Positions 48,901 through 55,600 of a stretch of 64,000 bases of DNA are shown here, one piece after another. The notes beneath the pieces are model-generated. The model was not told where the DNA came from and did no database searches. It saw nothing but the letters and a program-made list of their open reading frames with translations. The stretch is from an uncultured candidatus Porisulfidus sp. (lineage in GTDB: Bacteria; Pseudomonadota; Gammaproteobacteria; Poriferisulfidales; Oxydemutatoraceae). How positions within the stretch are numbered: position 1 is the first letter of the stretch; every line of letters begins with the position of its first letter. Location: assembly GCA_965199685.1 (NCBI GenBank), contig OZ241323.1, positions 1,221,283-1,285,282 on the forward strand, given 5' to 3'. A program made the position numbers and the translations under genes.

Positions 48901-51900
48901 CCGGTAATCCGATGCCATCTATATGGGTAGCACGATCATCGCTACCTATCGCTACAAAAAGGCCTCCGTTCCGTCTCACCCTTAAATTGGCGATCGTTTT
49001 ATTGTTGCCGTTGAACATGCCGACAAAAGTCCCTGCTATAGGTTGCCAAGCATCTGCACCGGTCCAGCGATGCATATTCGCATCGGCATCGCGATAACTG
49101 CCAGTGTCATTAAAATCTAGATCCCTTAGTAATTCATAACCCCTGCATCCTTCACTCGGACAACCGGAAGTAATCTTGATCTCTCCGACATTCGCTCTAT
49201 AGCCGCTGCCATCCAACTGATAACGGATCGCATCCAAATCCTCTAAATAATTAATATCCACAAGACCGTCGTTATCTTCATCAATAACTCTATGATAAAA
49301 GTAGCTCAGATAAAGCGTATATCTGACTGTCTCTGTGCCTTCTACTTCAATGACAACTTTTGTTGCCTTATCATTTTTCAGCGAAATCGACGCGCTCATA
49401 TCGTCGCTGTCTATGGTTTCTCGCATAGTCCCCATAATGCTGATACGAGCGGTCGATTCCATCGCCACCGGAATTAACTGCACACTAGGAACATCGCTGA
49501 TGACTGTAACGAAATAAATACCGCTTTGGTTGAGCTTTTCAATGTCAATCGGTGTAGAGAATGTCGCATCACTCACTGGTGTCAAACTACGCAAGCCATA
49601 GCGCAAACCCGGTGATATTAAATCGCCGCATTGTGGCATTCCTGATGAACCACACGCGAGAACACTTTCGGTTGCCGTGTGTTTAAGTGTCGGATACTGA
49701 CTTATATTACCAAAATGCCAATCGCCATTGCTCCATTTGTAATAAGCATTGCTTGCATCCGATGATTGGCTGGTGCCTGATTGAAGCTGTATGGTGTTTT
49801 GTCCAATCCCGTGGTTGGACCCGATAGCAATGGTATCGGTATTCCAATAACTGGCAGCGATTCTGTCAATGCCTTCGCTGATTCCGACCAAACTACCTCT
49901 GTTTCTGCTTCCTCTCTCCAGCTCACCGACCGCATAGCTATTTTTTATAGAACCTGTGTTATATCCAATCAAACCACCTGCTATGGCTCCCTCAATACTA
50001 ACTGAAGCATAACCGTTAATAATCTTTGCGCTCCAGTCATTCTGACCGACCAACCCACCAATAATAGAGTTATTATTTGTTAGAAGCCTGCCGGTTGCAT
50101 AGCTATTAGCAATTAGACTGCGATTATAACCCACTAAACCACCGAAGCTCGATCCTCCTGAGGCCGATGTCAAGACGACACTATCGGCATGACTATTGAT
50201 AATCGTGCCACGGTTATCTCCAACCAGACCACCGATTGATGAAACTCCGGAAACTTCACTTATCGCATAACTGCCGATAATATTTCCACCGGCGTTAATT
50301 GCAACCAGACCACCGGCAATATCGCCAGGCTTTGATGCAATACTGCCGCTAACATAGCTATAACCGACTTGCCCTTGATTGGTGCCGACCAGTCCGGCAA
50401 CTTTTCCACCCCCTTCTATTCTTACATGCAACAAGCCGACGTTGCTTATCAGTGCATCGGATGATGTGACACCAAATAAACCTTGATTTTCGGTAGTGTC
50501 TCTGTTTATCTGCAAACCCGATATCGTATAGCCGTTGCCGTCAAAGCTACCGGCAAAAGGCTTTGTCTCGCTACCTATAGGCACCCAGCCTGTATCGCTA
50601 GCATCGTTGTAGTCGTCTACTGTCCAAAAAATCCTATTCAACGGCTCTAGATAGCTCTCACGGTCTGCAAAATCCAAGTCTCTAACTAACTTATAGGAAC
50701 CTCTCGGTTGATGATGTATCGCACGCAAATCCTCCAAATAGTTGATTGGCACAACGCTATCGGCGGCAGTATTTTGATAATTAATATATAGCATATAGCG
50801 TACAGTTTGAGTTCCTTGCACCTCCATGTGGATACGCGTGGTAAAGTTTTCTTGCAAAGAGATTGCTTTACTCGTCTCGCCGCTGCGGATGCGGTCGTAC
50901 GCAGTCTCATCGTCGCCGATGTAGAAACTAATATCTGCGGTGGGTTCTATCGCCGTCGGAATCAACCTTATTGTGCTATCGGTACTGCTCAAGGTGCCAA
51001 TATAAATACCGCTTTGGTTTAGTTCGGCTACATCAAATTTGGGAGATACGGTAGCACCGTCCGTCACCACTAAACTGCGCAGACCGTAGCGCAAACGTGG
51101 CGATAACAACTCGCCACACTGCGGCAATTCTGACGGCAATCCCGACATACTGCACCCATCGCCGTCGGGTCCTGGCGCATATTTGAGTATCGGATACTGC
51201 TCGCTGCTGCCGAAATCCCAATCATCATCACCCCACGCTTCGTATATTCCGATTGCCATTGTTGGTAATTGCATTTGTTGCGTAGTCTGCCCGCTGCCAT
51301 GACGACCTTGTAAACCGCTGGTCTCAGTATTCCAATAGCTTGCACTGATGCTGCCGTTATTGTCACCGACCAAACCGCCTCCGCTTCCTTGCACCTTCCC
51401 GAGAGCATAACTGTTTGTAATTCTTGACGCAGACATTTGATTGGTGCCTACTAAACCACCCGCGCTACTTCCGCTAACATTGCTCGTTGCATAGCTGTTG
51501 CTTATAGACCCTTCGTTAGTGCCGGTTAAACCACCTACAGGAAAACTACCCCTAAGATCACCGCTAGCATAGCTATTGATCACGCGCGCGCCGACAGCAT
51601 TCCAACCTATAAGCCCACCGATATAGCCCGATTGGCTTTCCAAAATCCGAGTGGTTGCATGACTATTGATTACTAACCCTAGATTAGTGCCGACTAAACC
51701 GCCTAAATTACTCGTATTCAAGCCTCGCCTTAAAATGACTGAGCTGACATAGCTATTGATTATTTTACCGTTGTTCTCCCCGACGATGCCACCTACCAGA
51801 TTACTTCCCGAAAACTCCCCAACCGCATAACTATTGACGATAGTACCTATATTACGACCCACAAAGCCACCGATATATTTCCTCCCTTCTATCTTTACAT

Positions 51901-54691
51901 CAAGTAAACCAACATTTCTTATCACCGACTCAGAGCTTAGAAAGGCAAATAAACCTTGATAGTCGTCAGTGTCTCTGTTTATTTGTAAATTGAATATCGT
52001 ATAGCCGTTACCCTTAAATACGCCGGTGAAATGATTTATCAGAGAGCCTATAGGCAACCAACCGGTGTCGGCACTATTCTCGTAATCGGCTACCGTCCAT
52101 TTCGTTTTATTGAGTGGGTTGCGGTAGCTCGCATCAGAGTTGAAATCCAAATCCCGGACTAATTCGTATTTGCCATTTAGTTGATAGCGTATCGCATCTA
52201 AATCCTCTAAGTAATAAATATCTCTGAAACCATCATTCGGCACGATATTCATAACCGATAATGGCTCGGATACGATACGATGACGATGGTTCTGCTTATC
52301 GCGGTAATCCAACCATACGCGATAGCTGATATTATTGATTTCCGACAATAACTGAGATATCTCATAGCGCATTTGCATCGCATCTTCAATATCCTGCCAT
52401 ATTGCCGAATCGGACGGTAGCTTGTACTGCCATTGATAGCGAAAGCTACTAAGATCTACACCACCGTCGGGTTCCATAGATAAATCGGCTTCGCTCATAT
52501 CTGCCACCGCTAAAGTGCCTTCGCGATAGATCGGAGCAGCTAAGGTGCTTAAGCCACCGCCATTTGTTTTGATAACCGTCATCGTTGTATTGCGAATTGC
52601 AGTTACCCCATCGGCACGCACTGCTACTTGCAACACAACGGGAACCTGAGCGAAATCTTGAGCTACAAAGTCGTTGGGTATATCTATGCTCAATTGAGCT
52701 TGCCGAATATTTGAGTCTTTCAATAAATCAGGTTGTGTCGGTGAAACTTGATGCCAGCGATAGCTCACTCGTCGCAGATCCGGTTCAGAAGTTGAAACAT
52801 TAAACGTAATACTTTGCCCCTCATCCACCCTATAGTCTGAACGGTCGCTACTAATCGTGGCTTCCAAGCCGGAACGACGTATTACCCAAATGCGGTAGTG
52901 CCTCGCTATCGTAATCAACGTAGGTTCAGGGGCTATATTCAAAACGATCGGTACTGTCTCGCCGTTGTTAACCGATGGCAAGCTAATTTTTTGATCTTTA
53001 AGAACACTAATCGTTTGTGTGCTATTCGCTATCGTAGGACTGAGTCTTATTTCTGTTATGTTGTCGTCGCTCAGGTTCATACGATAATCAAAAGTTTGTG
53101 GATTAAACGCACGAGATAAAGTCAATCCATCTAAAACAAGCAAACCCGAGAGCATGATGTGTTGACCCGGCAATAGATGTCCCTTATTAGAACCTTCGCT
53201 ATGCCTGAGTATCGGGTGTTGCTCGCTGGTGCCGAAATCCCAATCGTCCGAATCCCATCTTTCAAAGGTCTCACCTAGTAGACCGGGAGCAGTCGGTGAC
53301 TTTAGCTGTGCGGTAGTTCGCAAACTACCGCCAGCACTTACTAGAATCTCAGCAGCCTCGCTATCCCAATAGCTGTGTATTACACGCACCATAGCAACAT
53401 GCCTTGTTTGGTGTGCATAATTCCAACCTACCAAACCGCCGACATGCTCACCGCTTGCTACAACTTGCCCGTTTGCAAAACTGTCGGAGACGATACCTTT
53501 ATTGCTGCCAACCAAGCCACCAACTCTATGCACACCGGATACAAAACCACTAGAGTATGTATTGCTGATTTGACCCTCTTCGTTCCAGCCGACCAAACCG
53601 CCTACATCGCTATTGCCTTCTATGCGATTAACCGCAAAACTATTGCTGATTTCACTATCTTTGTTCCAGCCGACTAGACCTCCAGCATAAAGATTACCTG
53701 AAACCGTGCCGCTCGCCCGACTATCAATGATTCTACCGCTTTGGTGATTCGCACCGATCAAGCCACCGCTATACGAACCTTCGCATATTACTTTGCCTTC
53801 GGCATGGTTTACACTAATCCGTGCACGATTGAGACCGACTAAACCACCGATATAATCACGCCCTTTTGCAACTCCTCTGGTTCTATTATTTGCCAGCACA
53901 CCGTCGGAATTGATACCGACCAAGCCACCAACTTGGTTCGTACCTGATAAACTCGTATCGGCAACGCTATACCTAATATGCCCTTTGTTATGACCCACCA
54001 GACCACCTAGACTATGCCCATTGCCCTCTACATACTCAAGCATCACATCACCGTTGAGTATCGTCCCTTCGTTGGCACCAAACAACCCGCCTACATTGCT
54101 GCCCATAGCAATTAGGCGACCGCCTTCCACCCCAATATAAGTGATACCTCCGCCGTTATGACCGGCTAAACTACCAACATAAGAATTCCCTTTGATGTTT
54201 ATTTGCGACAATACTAAATCACTGACTTTGGCTAGCTTTGTCGTCGCTTGGAATAAACCGACATAATCCGATGGCCTGTTGATGTAAAGATTGGCTATCG
54301 TATGACCGTTGCCTTCAAACCTAGCAGCAAAGAAGTTCAACCGATCGCCTATGGGCAACCAACCTAAACCGCTAGTCCATACTTCTTTGTTGGTAATATT
54401 GCGATAGCTATCGTCAGAATTGAAGTCTAGATTCTTACGTAGCTCGTAGCCATTGCAACCGCTTTGAGGACACCCTGCGGTGATTTTGACTGCATCAAAA
54501 CTTTCTCTATAACCACTGCCGTCAAGTTGATAGCGGATCGCATCCAATGCGTCCAAATCGCATAGCTCTATCAAGCCATCGTCATCTTGATCTATATTAG
54601 TAGCATAATTGCATTGAAAACCATCTTGCGCCGATACCGGGCGCAATAATATTATGGTTAGCAGTAATAAAAATCTTACGGATCCCCCCAT
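36998..54691 (-). CDS. Giant secreted GLUG-motif repeat protein, paralog B (complete, 5,897 aa)
   Basis: Single ORF from ATG 54691 to TGA 36998-37000. Signal peptide MGGSVRFLLLLTIILLRPVSA|QDG. Ten module starts are encoded near 54.58, 52.22, 50.74, 49.27, 47.84, 46.44, 44.96, 43.50, 41.52 and 39.18 kb. Dozens of VGGLVGxNxGxIxNSYA units; SYWDxETSG; WDFG..QYPxLKY; cadherin-like LxLSxxxLxPxFxPxxxxY units; Ig-like YRWxQ and YQWQ units. Confidence 0.9.
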   Translation of the reverse strand: MGGSVRFLLLLTIILLRPVSAQDGFQCNYATNIDQDDDGLIELCDLDALDAIRYQLDGSGYRESFDAVKITAGCPQSGCNGYELRKNLDFNSDDSYRNITNKEVWTSGLGWLPIGDRLNFFAARFEGNGHTIANLYINRPSDYVGLFQATTKLAKVSDLVLSQINIKGNSYVGSLAGHNGGGITYIGVEGGRLIAMGSNVGGLFGANEGTILNGDVMLEYVEGNGHSLGGLVGHNKGHIRYSVADTSLSGTNQVGGLVGINSDGVLANNRTRGVAKGRDYIGGLVGLNRARISVNHAEGKVICEGSYSGGLIGANHQSGRIIDSRASGTVSGNLYAGGLVGWNKDSEISNSFAVNRIEGNSDVGGLVGWNEEGQISNTYSSGFVSGVHRVGGLVGSNKGIVSDSFANGQVVASGEHVGGLVGWNYAHQTRHVAMVRVIHSYWDSEAAEILVSAGGSLRTTAQLKSPTAPGLLGETFERWDSDDWDFGTSEQHPILRHSEGSNKGHLLPGQHIMLSGLLVLDGLTLSRAFNPQTFDYRMNLSDDNITEIRLSPTIANSTQTISVLKDQKISLPSVNNGETVPIVLNIAPEPTLITIARHYRIWVIRRSGLEATISSDRSDYRVDEGQSITFNVSTSEPDLRRVSYRWHQVSPTQPDLLKDSNIRQAQLSIDIPNDFVAQDFAQVPVVLQVAVRADGVTAIRNTTMTVIKTNGGGLSTLAAPIYREGTLAVADMSEADLSMEPDGGVDLSSFRYQWQYKLPSDSAIWQDIEDAMQMRYEISQLLSEINNISYRVWLDYRDKQNHRHRIVSEPLSVMNIVPNDGFRDIYYLEDLDAIRYQLNGKYELVRDLDFNSDASYRNPLNKTKWTVADYENSADTGWLPIGSLINHFTGVFKGNGYTIFNLQINRDTDDYQGLFAFLSSESVIRNVGLLDVKIEGRKYIGGFVGRNIGTIVNSYAVGEFSGSNLVGGIVGENNGKIINSYVSSVILRRGLNTSNLGGLVGTNLGLVINSHATTRILESQSGYIGGLIGWNAVGARVINSYASGDLRGSFPVGGLTGTNEGSISNSYATSNVSGSSAGGLVGTNQMSASRITNSYALGKVQGSGGGLVGDNNGSISASYWNTETSGLQGRHGSGQTTQQMQLPTMAIGIYEAWGDDDWDFGSSEQYPILKYAPGPDGDGCSMSGLPSELPQCGELLSPRLRYGLRSLVVTDGATVSPKFDVAELNQSGIYIGTLSSTDSTIRLIPTAIEPTADISFYIGDDETAYDRIRSGETSKAISLQENFTTRIHMEVQGTQTVRYMLYINYQNTAADSVVPINYLEDLRAIHHQPRGSYKLVRDLDFADRESYLEPLNRIFWTVDDYNDASDTGWVPIGSETKPFAGSFDGNGYTISGLQINRDTTENQGLFGVTSSDALISNVGLLHVRIEGGGKVAGLVGTNQGQVGYSYVSGSIASKPGDIAGGLVAINAGGNIIGSYAISEVSGVSSIGGLVGDNRGTIINSHADSVVLTSASGGSSFGGLVGYNRSLIANSYATGRLLTNNNSIIGGLVGQNDWSAKIINGYASVSIEGAIAGGLIGYNTGSIKNSYAVGELERGSRNRGSLVGISEGIDRIAASYWNTDTIAIGSNHGIGQNTIQLQSGTSQSSDASNAYYKWSNGDWHFGNISQYPTLKHTATESVLACGSSGMPQCGDLISPGLRYGLRSLTPVSDATFSTPIDIEKLNQSGIYFVTVISDVPSVQLIPVAMESTARISIMGTMRETIDSDDMSASISLKNDKATKVVIEVEGTETVRYTLYLSYFYHRVIDEDNDGLVDINYLEDLDAIRYQLDGSGYRANVGEIKITSGCPSEGCRGYELLRDLDFNDTGSYRDADANMHRWTGADAWQPIAGTFVGMFNGNNKTIANLRVRRNGGLFVAIGSDDRATHIDGIGLPGVDIKGNVVAGIATSCKQCTISNSYVIGNIEGNTAAAGLINIISASSGDPVRISNSYFIGNLMTNGRSAVGGGLIGDVDSDTIISDSYVVGTITAQHDDGFTGGLIGVRTSSAIEISYSYASVSATKADVPQGLFDSNRDPSDKLAPTVNTSYLDEDISQVKVTLGELKSTVALQSQSPTTPSDSIYEDWDSGNWDFGSDKQYPAIKYNLQADATDGDAHCDVADMQERPAACHTLLRHQGSLLQDLKLSAGAGLSSPFAFTSFDYGISVNADQSTIRLLPTAFNPVAMIEVFKDGNPIGATDSGEWTVPIPLNDFGNTVVNLVVTEGNRHSYRYQFVVNRLNIVAQSIDKDGDGLIDISNAMHLNAIRHRLDGSAYQQSETADVIYCFDGCTGYELTADIDLAEIDWQPIGSLGKPFTSILKGNGHTISNLTLEAIGTNDVGLFAAIGNRGRVENVGLVNVNIVGHSDVGSIAGHNFGTIINSYASGRLSAKGNNGGGLVGRNRQGTIVNSYANVDVDANGLAGGLVGWNQVFGSIVNSYAFGDVQINSGGAGGLVGNNHARIDRSYATGEVRVGNGNVGGLVSSSGFGHTIANSHYRAGAVISGTDSLIGIDKTARALKAGVPSDDIYTGWDRADWHFGNTEQYPVLLYATGDNDNMACMQPSPEQLSACNSRLSDLSENDKAVICNSHLPRLIEDVPYCGALLPGQRAGLIQMKFSENAHLLPEFNPEIYDYDLVVGTSSRGATFRTTPTAYYGSDTISVKADGLNSSTSSGRSSLFTLSDDLAHIVITVRSASHNVPTRYTIKVLHDIAVGDGLISIDYLEDLNLMRYPLERVSTTLKDCPIDSEDNVRRCNGYKLTRNLDFKDPASYRSGVINPTWTTGAGWKPIGNSSNPFSDLFAGNAHTISHLRINGVTTDNIGLFGVIATSARIENVGLLNVDINAIVNVGGQSNSGALVGENLGEIVNSYVIGGEVRGSLYSGGLVGRNSGAIVNSHTGVEITGTNFVGGLVGGNQSGSSIYNSYATGAVSGNDYVGGLAGVSFTNISNSYATGTVSGVSSVGGLAGWVNRSIINSYAIGKISGSSQGLIGSVWNELFAVQSYWDVATSEVGDDNFDSNVIGKTTAELQTSAIGTEIYSGWSSGDWYSGSSSQYPVLRYTSATNVLTRPACRGADDIRAEIPVCGTLLPAQQLTGLSNLARSSRSGQVVLLRPDFNSGIYDYELIVKSDAREFSIIPYTFNSNSVITLNDDSATNPNKELGGGQITTLTIDNINGYLLTLTVKDPLVSATTETTRYRVMVIKHPFVAVNDIDEDDDGLIEIRSAEDLNAIRYQLDGSGYKASRRDNKITLGCPTTPTVGCKGYELAASIDLSGYDWHPIGAIDATMLNCGDTQSRCFTATFDGNRASGYEISGLSIATSQRDNIGLFAALADSAQVKNVHLADVDIEGRFGVGSLAAYNAGEIDNSYANGMVVGERDIGGLVAHNVGRISNSYVYGMVSGKRSVGGLVARNESRGVIANSYSLNRVSGDTGIGGLVALNLGTITNTYASGHVEGITLIGGLVGENSGLVRNSYATADIVCAGVPECVSYTVASGGLIGSNATGGIAVNSYWDIETSDIRDNIQGSAGGVGKTTRQLQLGISQSSDESKAYYKWSDSDWHFGNAEQYPILKYTGSTESTLIGLHSYGLESLAIAEVVMLSPHFNTTKLHYRIGIELDANIEHLHLIPDALDEDAIIHIASDSGFDEAVKSGTSSSPIALHSTATTMISVEVSGAQRVRYWFEVYYFSSGAKRNVDTDKDGLIEILTLEDLDAMRNALDGSRLRHQNNSDVAIENAKGCPITGCKGYELLRDLDFDNPLHYQAGSVNTAWTTGAGWQPIGTLRHPFVATFKGNGYTISNLRMNRSDSDGGLFGVIDGRDADTVIGGLGLTDVDIVGGEHVGGLVGYNRAGNINQSYVTGYVAAKGRNGSAIVGGLVGRNDDGIITASYVMAQVKTSLSDRLPTVLAGGLVAVNDNRSRIENSYAIGSVIGSGSIGGLVASNQSSSEIINSYAVSRAIAIGAMSKAGGLVAINDATVNDSYWDTEASGITSSAGGGAATTIILQSSMPTSPTNSIYRNWDARVWEFADANRYPALKAITNAPVFAPEGKSLLQSLTLSGVRLFPPFHPLIFDYDLIAESGQMTEVQIDTTSTQVGTTIDVACSDGLVCSSGIPASFVLDGSRTPKITITTYNPEAGELSYNFLVRYVESEVRQVTATTTTIISSPLTVAEGERVRLMTSYNFGLKEHLYRYRWRQSAGDALRFNDTLSPVDTQSAVLDFTVPADVVSKQNDRHIVQLIVEVAVNDDVYLSEVISLIVSKQNNDAASRIRLLRSSNQLTYTVRFERSDGSEFIDRDGGFASTYIQWQRRRGDAEGWVNVGSESSYTLPDEGDYQYRAIAMYEDQQGYREQLESEVIDYLDIDDDGDGLIEIRYLEDLDAIRYQPDGSGYKATASAAKITTGCPRDGCRGYELMNDLDFADDASYRTPNPSALKNQWMVSNFTDASDSSWQPISGLNAVFNGNGYTISNMQINRSVGNQNRIGLFFAIGSSGRIENLGLVDPAIKGLVGIKNVGGIAGSIQRGSVIVNSYVVGDVAIGDTDKIIRGDVGFGGGRGFIGGLVGWNKGFILNSYTKINVVAEDSGMASNKRVGVGGLVGRNIDGGKVYNSYATGEVKGPCIVGGLAGNQFSTNFGSLLTRSEIKNSYTTANVETGFGACVNASNQIAGGLVGRNTNSTVENSYTLGEISGEGTLAGLVGAGFASINSYWNYDSNCRFILTPAFVEICFGTSENLNFNNSRLQANLRSPIAPNTELDTCPERSADESKSKDVCKTYVNWDVADWDFGTSSQYPALKYGIGLDSNDPGCDTDIETALPSCDALLSGQIADALLLNRLSLSVNSGEVRLTPGFMPNRFNYEAMIESEIAPVVIKIAANAGEDTAITIRKDNGSPLTQQSDGAVQISVRDPFKLQIKTAEGNNRGASYQMQAYLKYPPQLHILTIVNDSAPIKLTRGDILTLDEGDVFRVDASTSFGQNNSRLDYRWSQVSGKSLLSQIQTTSTVGFTVPADFIARDENDSTVILRLELSERNNPASVVSREVPLLVRKINNGNSESAVKWINSETLSASDLSGDIDGEPLADIGYQWLRKQNGIFVAVPDAKQKNHTPPADVRNTQHRFSISYIDGQGHQTNIHYDAPLYADIAMHKDKDNDGLIEIETLEDLNAIRYQLDGSGYRASSTASKVTTGCPADQCTGYELVRDLDFLDDASYGSTRNKMARTVGAGWQPIGTVINNDCSDSDSNCFSSILDGNGYSISNLRVTRDTINEVGLFAGNTGTIRNLGLSAIEVTGNSRVGGLVGRNEGELINVYVIGGKVVGQNSVIGLLTGESASGSSIINSYVYGDVTGMRWIGGICGINFGGISKSYAVADVSAQREAGGLVGENQGSISNSYVVGSVSISQRERSVGGLLGVLWGGGRVSNSYSTAEVKVAFEIQSDNDVSYAGGLIGRRQSSSLVVANSYWDINTSGQMNSPGGGIAQTTEDLKMPMIETDIYADWSADDWDFGSSEEYPLLKYHDNTCGTSMPLPDCGRLLLHQRIGLRDLKLEQDVEAGHFHLSPDFNPAINTYTVSVHADASELKITPTAANPDASIVADGKVLPANNASYTIALNTSDPTSTVIGVAASNSIGTEEPIVYKLTISNNRLPRISINAPASIVEGETLVLNVAIEDPEGDELSYSLTTIPNLLPDLEVSTGTVVGRDDLRYAFSIPSNLLGEMQSTDDVEIVLTVNDGLSAVSKTAQLTIVKENNGFISVPAPTLNDFTYTIEDIDLSSDSDGINPAPIVAYQWQKELLGSWVDIDDATDASYTVEGIIGDRYRVLVDYTDKQGYRQRRLASPAVSAPQQFIYNVVRSRDVVRTSMDQPSTIAVQVRVFLEGLLP

Positions 54692-54779
54692 ACTACGTTT
54701 CCCCCTCTACATAGCATATTTCTAATTAGCTAGATAAATAACCTCTATCCCTAGCTATTTATTTTCATAAAGCTTTTTT

Positions 54780-54788
54780 ACTATAGCA
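54780..54788 (-). promoter_or_regulatory. Putative extended -10 promoter (TGCTATAGT) of giant gene B
   Basis: Same motif and same ~80-nt distance to the ATG as upstream of paralog A. The last ~30 nt of both leaders are near-identical (atgctatgtag(a)gggggaaacgtagtATG). Confidence 0.3.
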
Positions 54789-54883
54789 TATTTTAGGCTG
54801 TTGTAAATAGAACCGTCATTCCATAAACTTAACCGCTTGCGTCATCAAACTTATGTTAACCAACCGTAGGGGAGGGCTAACAT

Positions 54884-55033
54884 GAGGCTGTTGAAAAATA
54901 GAACCGCCGATTGAGCCAGTAGGTCAATCGGCGTAACATTGTTCAGAACCTTAACAACCACCCCGTCAGGCTTCGCCTGCCACCCCTCCAAAGGAGGGGA
55001 ATGTACCAATGCAGATACTTTTTCAACAGCCCC
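54884..55033 (+). mobile_element. MITE copy (subtype b), 150 bp, in the loop of an inverted H-type hairpin
   Basis: gaggctgttgaaaaa...tttttcaacagcccc flanked by direct ACAT (54880-54883, 55034-55037). The uninterrupted host (reverse orientation) reads gggctaacatgccctcc, as at 55114-55130. Confidence 0.8.
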
Positions 55034-55059
55034 ACATGCCCTCCCTAACGCGTTGCATC

Positions 55060-55217
55060 TGCACACACAATCCATTCATCCATCAAATTTCTGGTTACCA
55101 ACCGTAGGGGAGGGCTAACATGCCCTCCCTAAAGTACCGTTCTGCACTACTGTAACCGCCACGCGCCATCAAATCACGGTTACCGTAAGCGAGATGGATG
55201 AATGGATTGTTTGTGCA
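55060..55217. repeat. H-type unit bounded by 24-bp inverted repeats (MITE-like complete form)
   Basis: tgcacacacaatccattcatccat (55060-55083) and atggatgaatggattgtttgtgca (55194-55217) are inverted copies (23/24). They flank the gtaggggagggctaacatgccctccctaa hairpin. Confidence 0.7.
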
Positions 55218-55487
55218 AGGACAGCGCGTTGAGGTGGTTTTTGATATTTAATGAATCAGTTGACCATTTCTGTGGATTGTATTTAATGTATTTCCATTTT
55301 TCATAAGTGTTCCTCGTTAATTAAAAATATTGGTTAAATGTGTATATTAAAAATTTATCAGGATAATGGGTTATTCATTTGGCAATTTGGTGAACGGTAG
55401 TAAATAAACGACGAGTGGTTTACATACGCGTTGTGTCAACACATTATATCGTGCAGGTACCCAGTAAATGGTTTGTATGATTTGGGG

Positions 55488-55589
55488 GCGCGAGCGGTTA
55501 CAGTTTTGTAGGACGGTACTTTAGGGAGGGCATGTTAGCCCTCCCCTACCGTTTGCGGAAATTTTATGGATGAATGGATTGTTTGTGCA
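55488..55589 (+). repeat. H-type hairpin unit abutting the stop codon of giant gene C
   Basis: gcgcgagcggttacagttttgtaggacggtactttagggagggcatgttagccctcccctaccgtttgcggaaattttatggatgaatggattgtttgtgca. The same arrangement occurs at the 3' end of paralog B (36930-36986). Confidence 0.8.
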
Positions 55590-55600
55590 AGGACGACGCG

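Noticed and set aside
36998-54691. Giant proteins as RTX/T1SS adhesins, autotransporters/TPS exoproteins or Rhs/YD polymorphic toxins.
   Set aside because: They have an N-terminal Sec signal peptide. There are no GGxGxD nonapeptide blocks, no C-terminal beta-barrel or TPS domain, no YD repeats and no variable C-terminal toxin tip. The C-termini of B and C are homologous Ig-like units.
54683-54691. G6 run at the start codon of paralog B (ATGGGGGGA) as a slipped-strand phase-variation switch.
   Set aside because: The tract is short. It is not shared with paralog A, which starts ATGAAGGGC. Nothing else suggests a phase-variable on/off arrangement.
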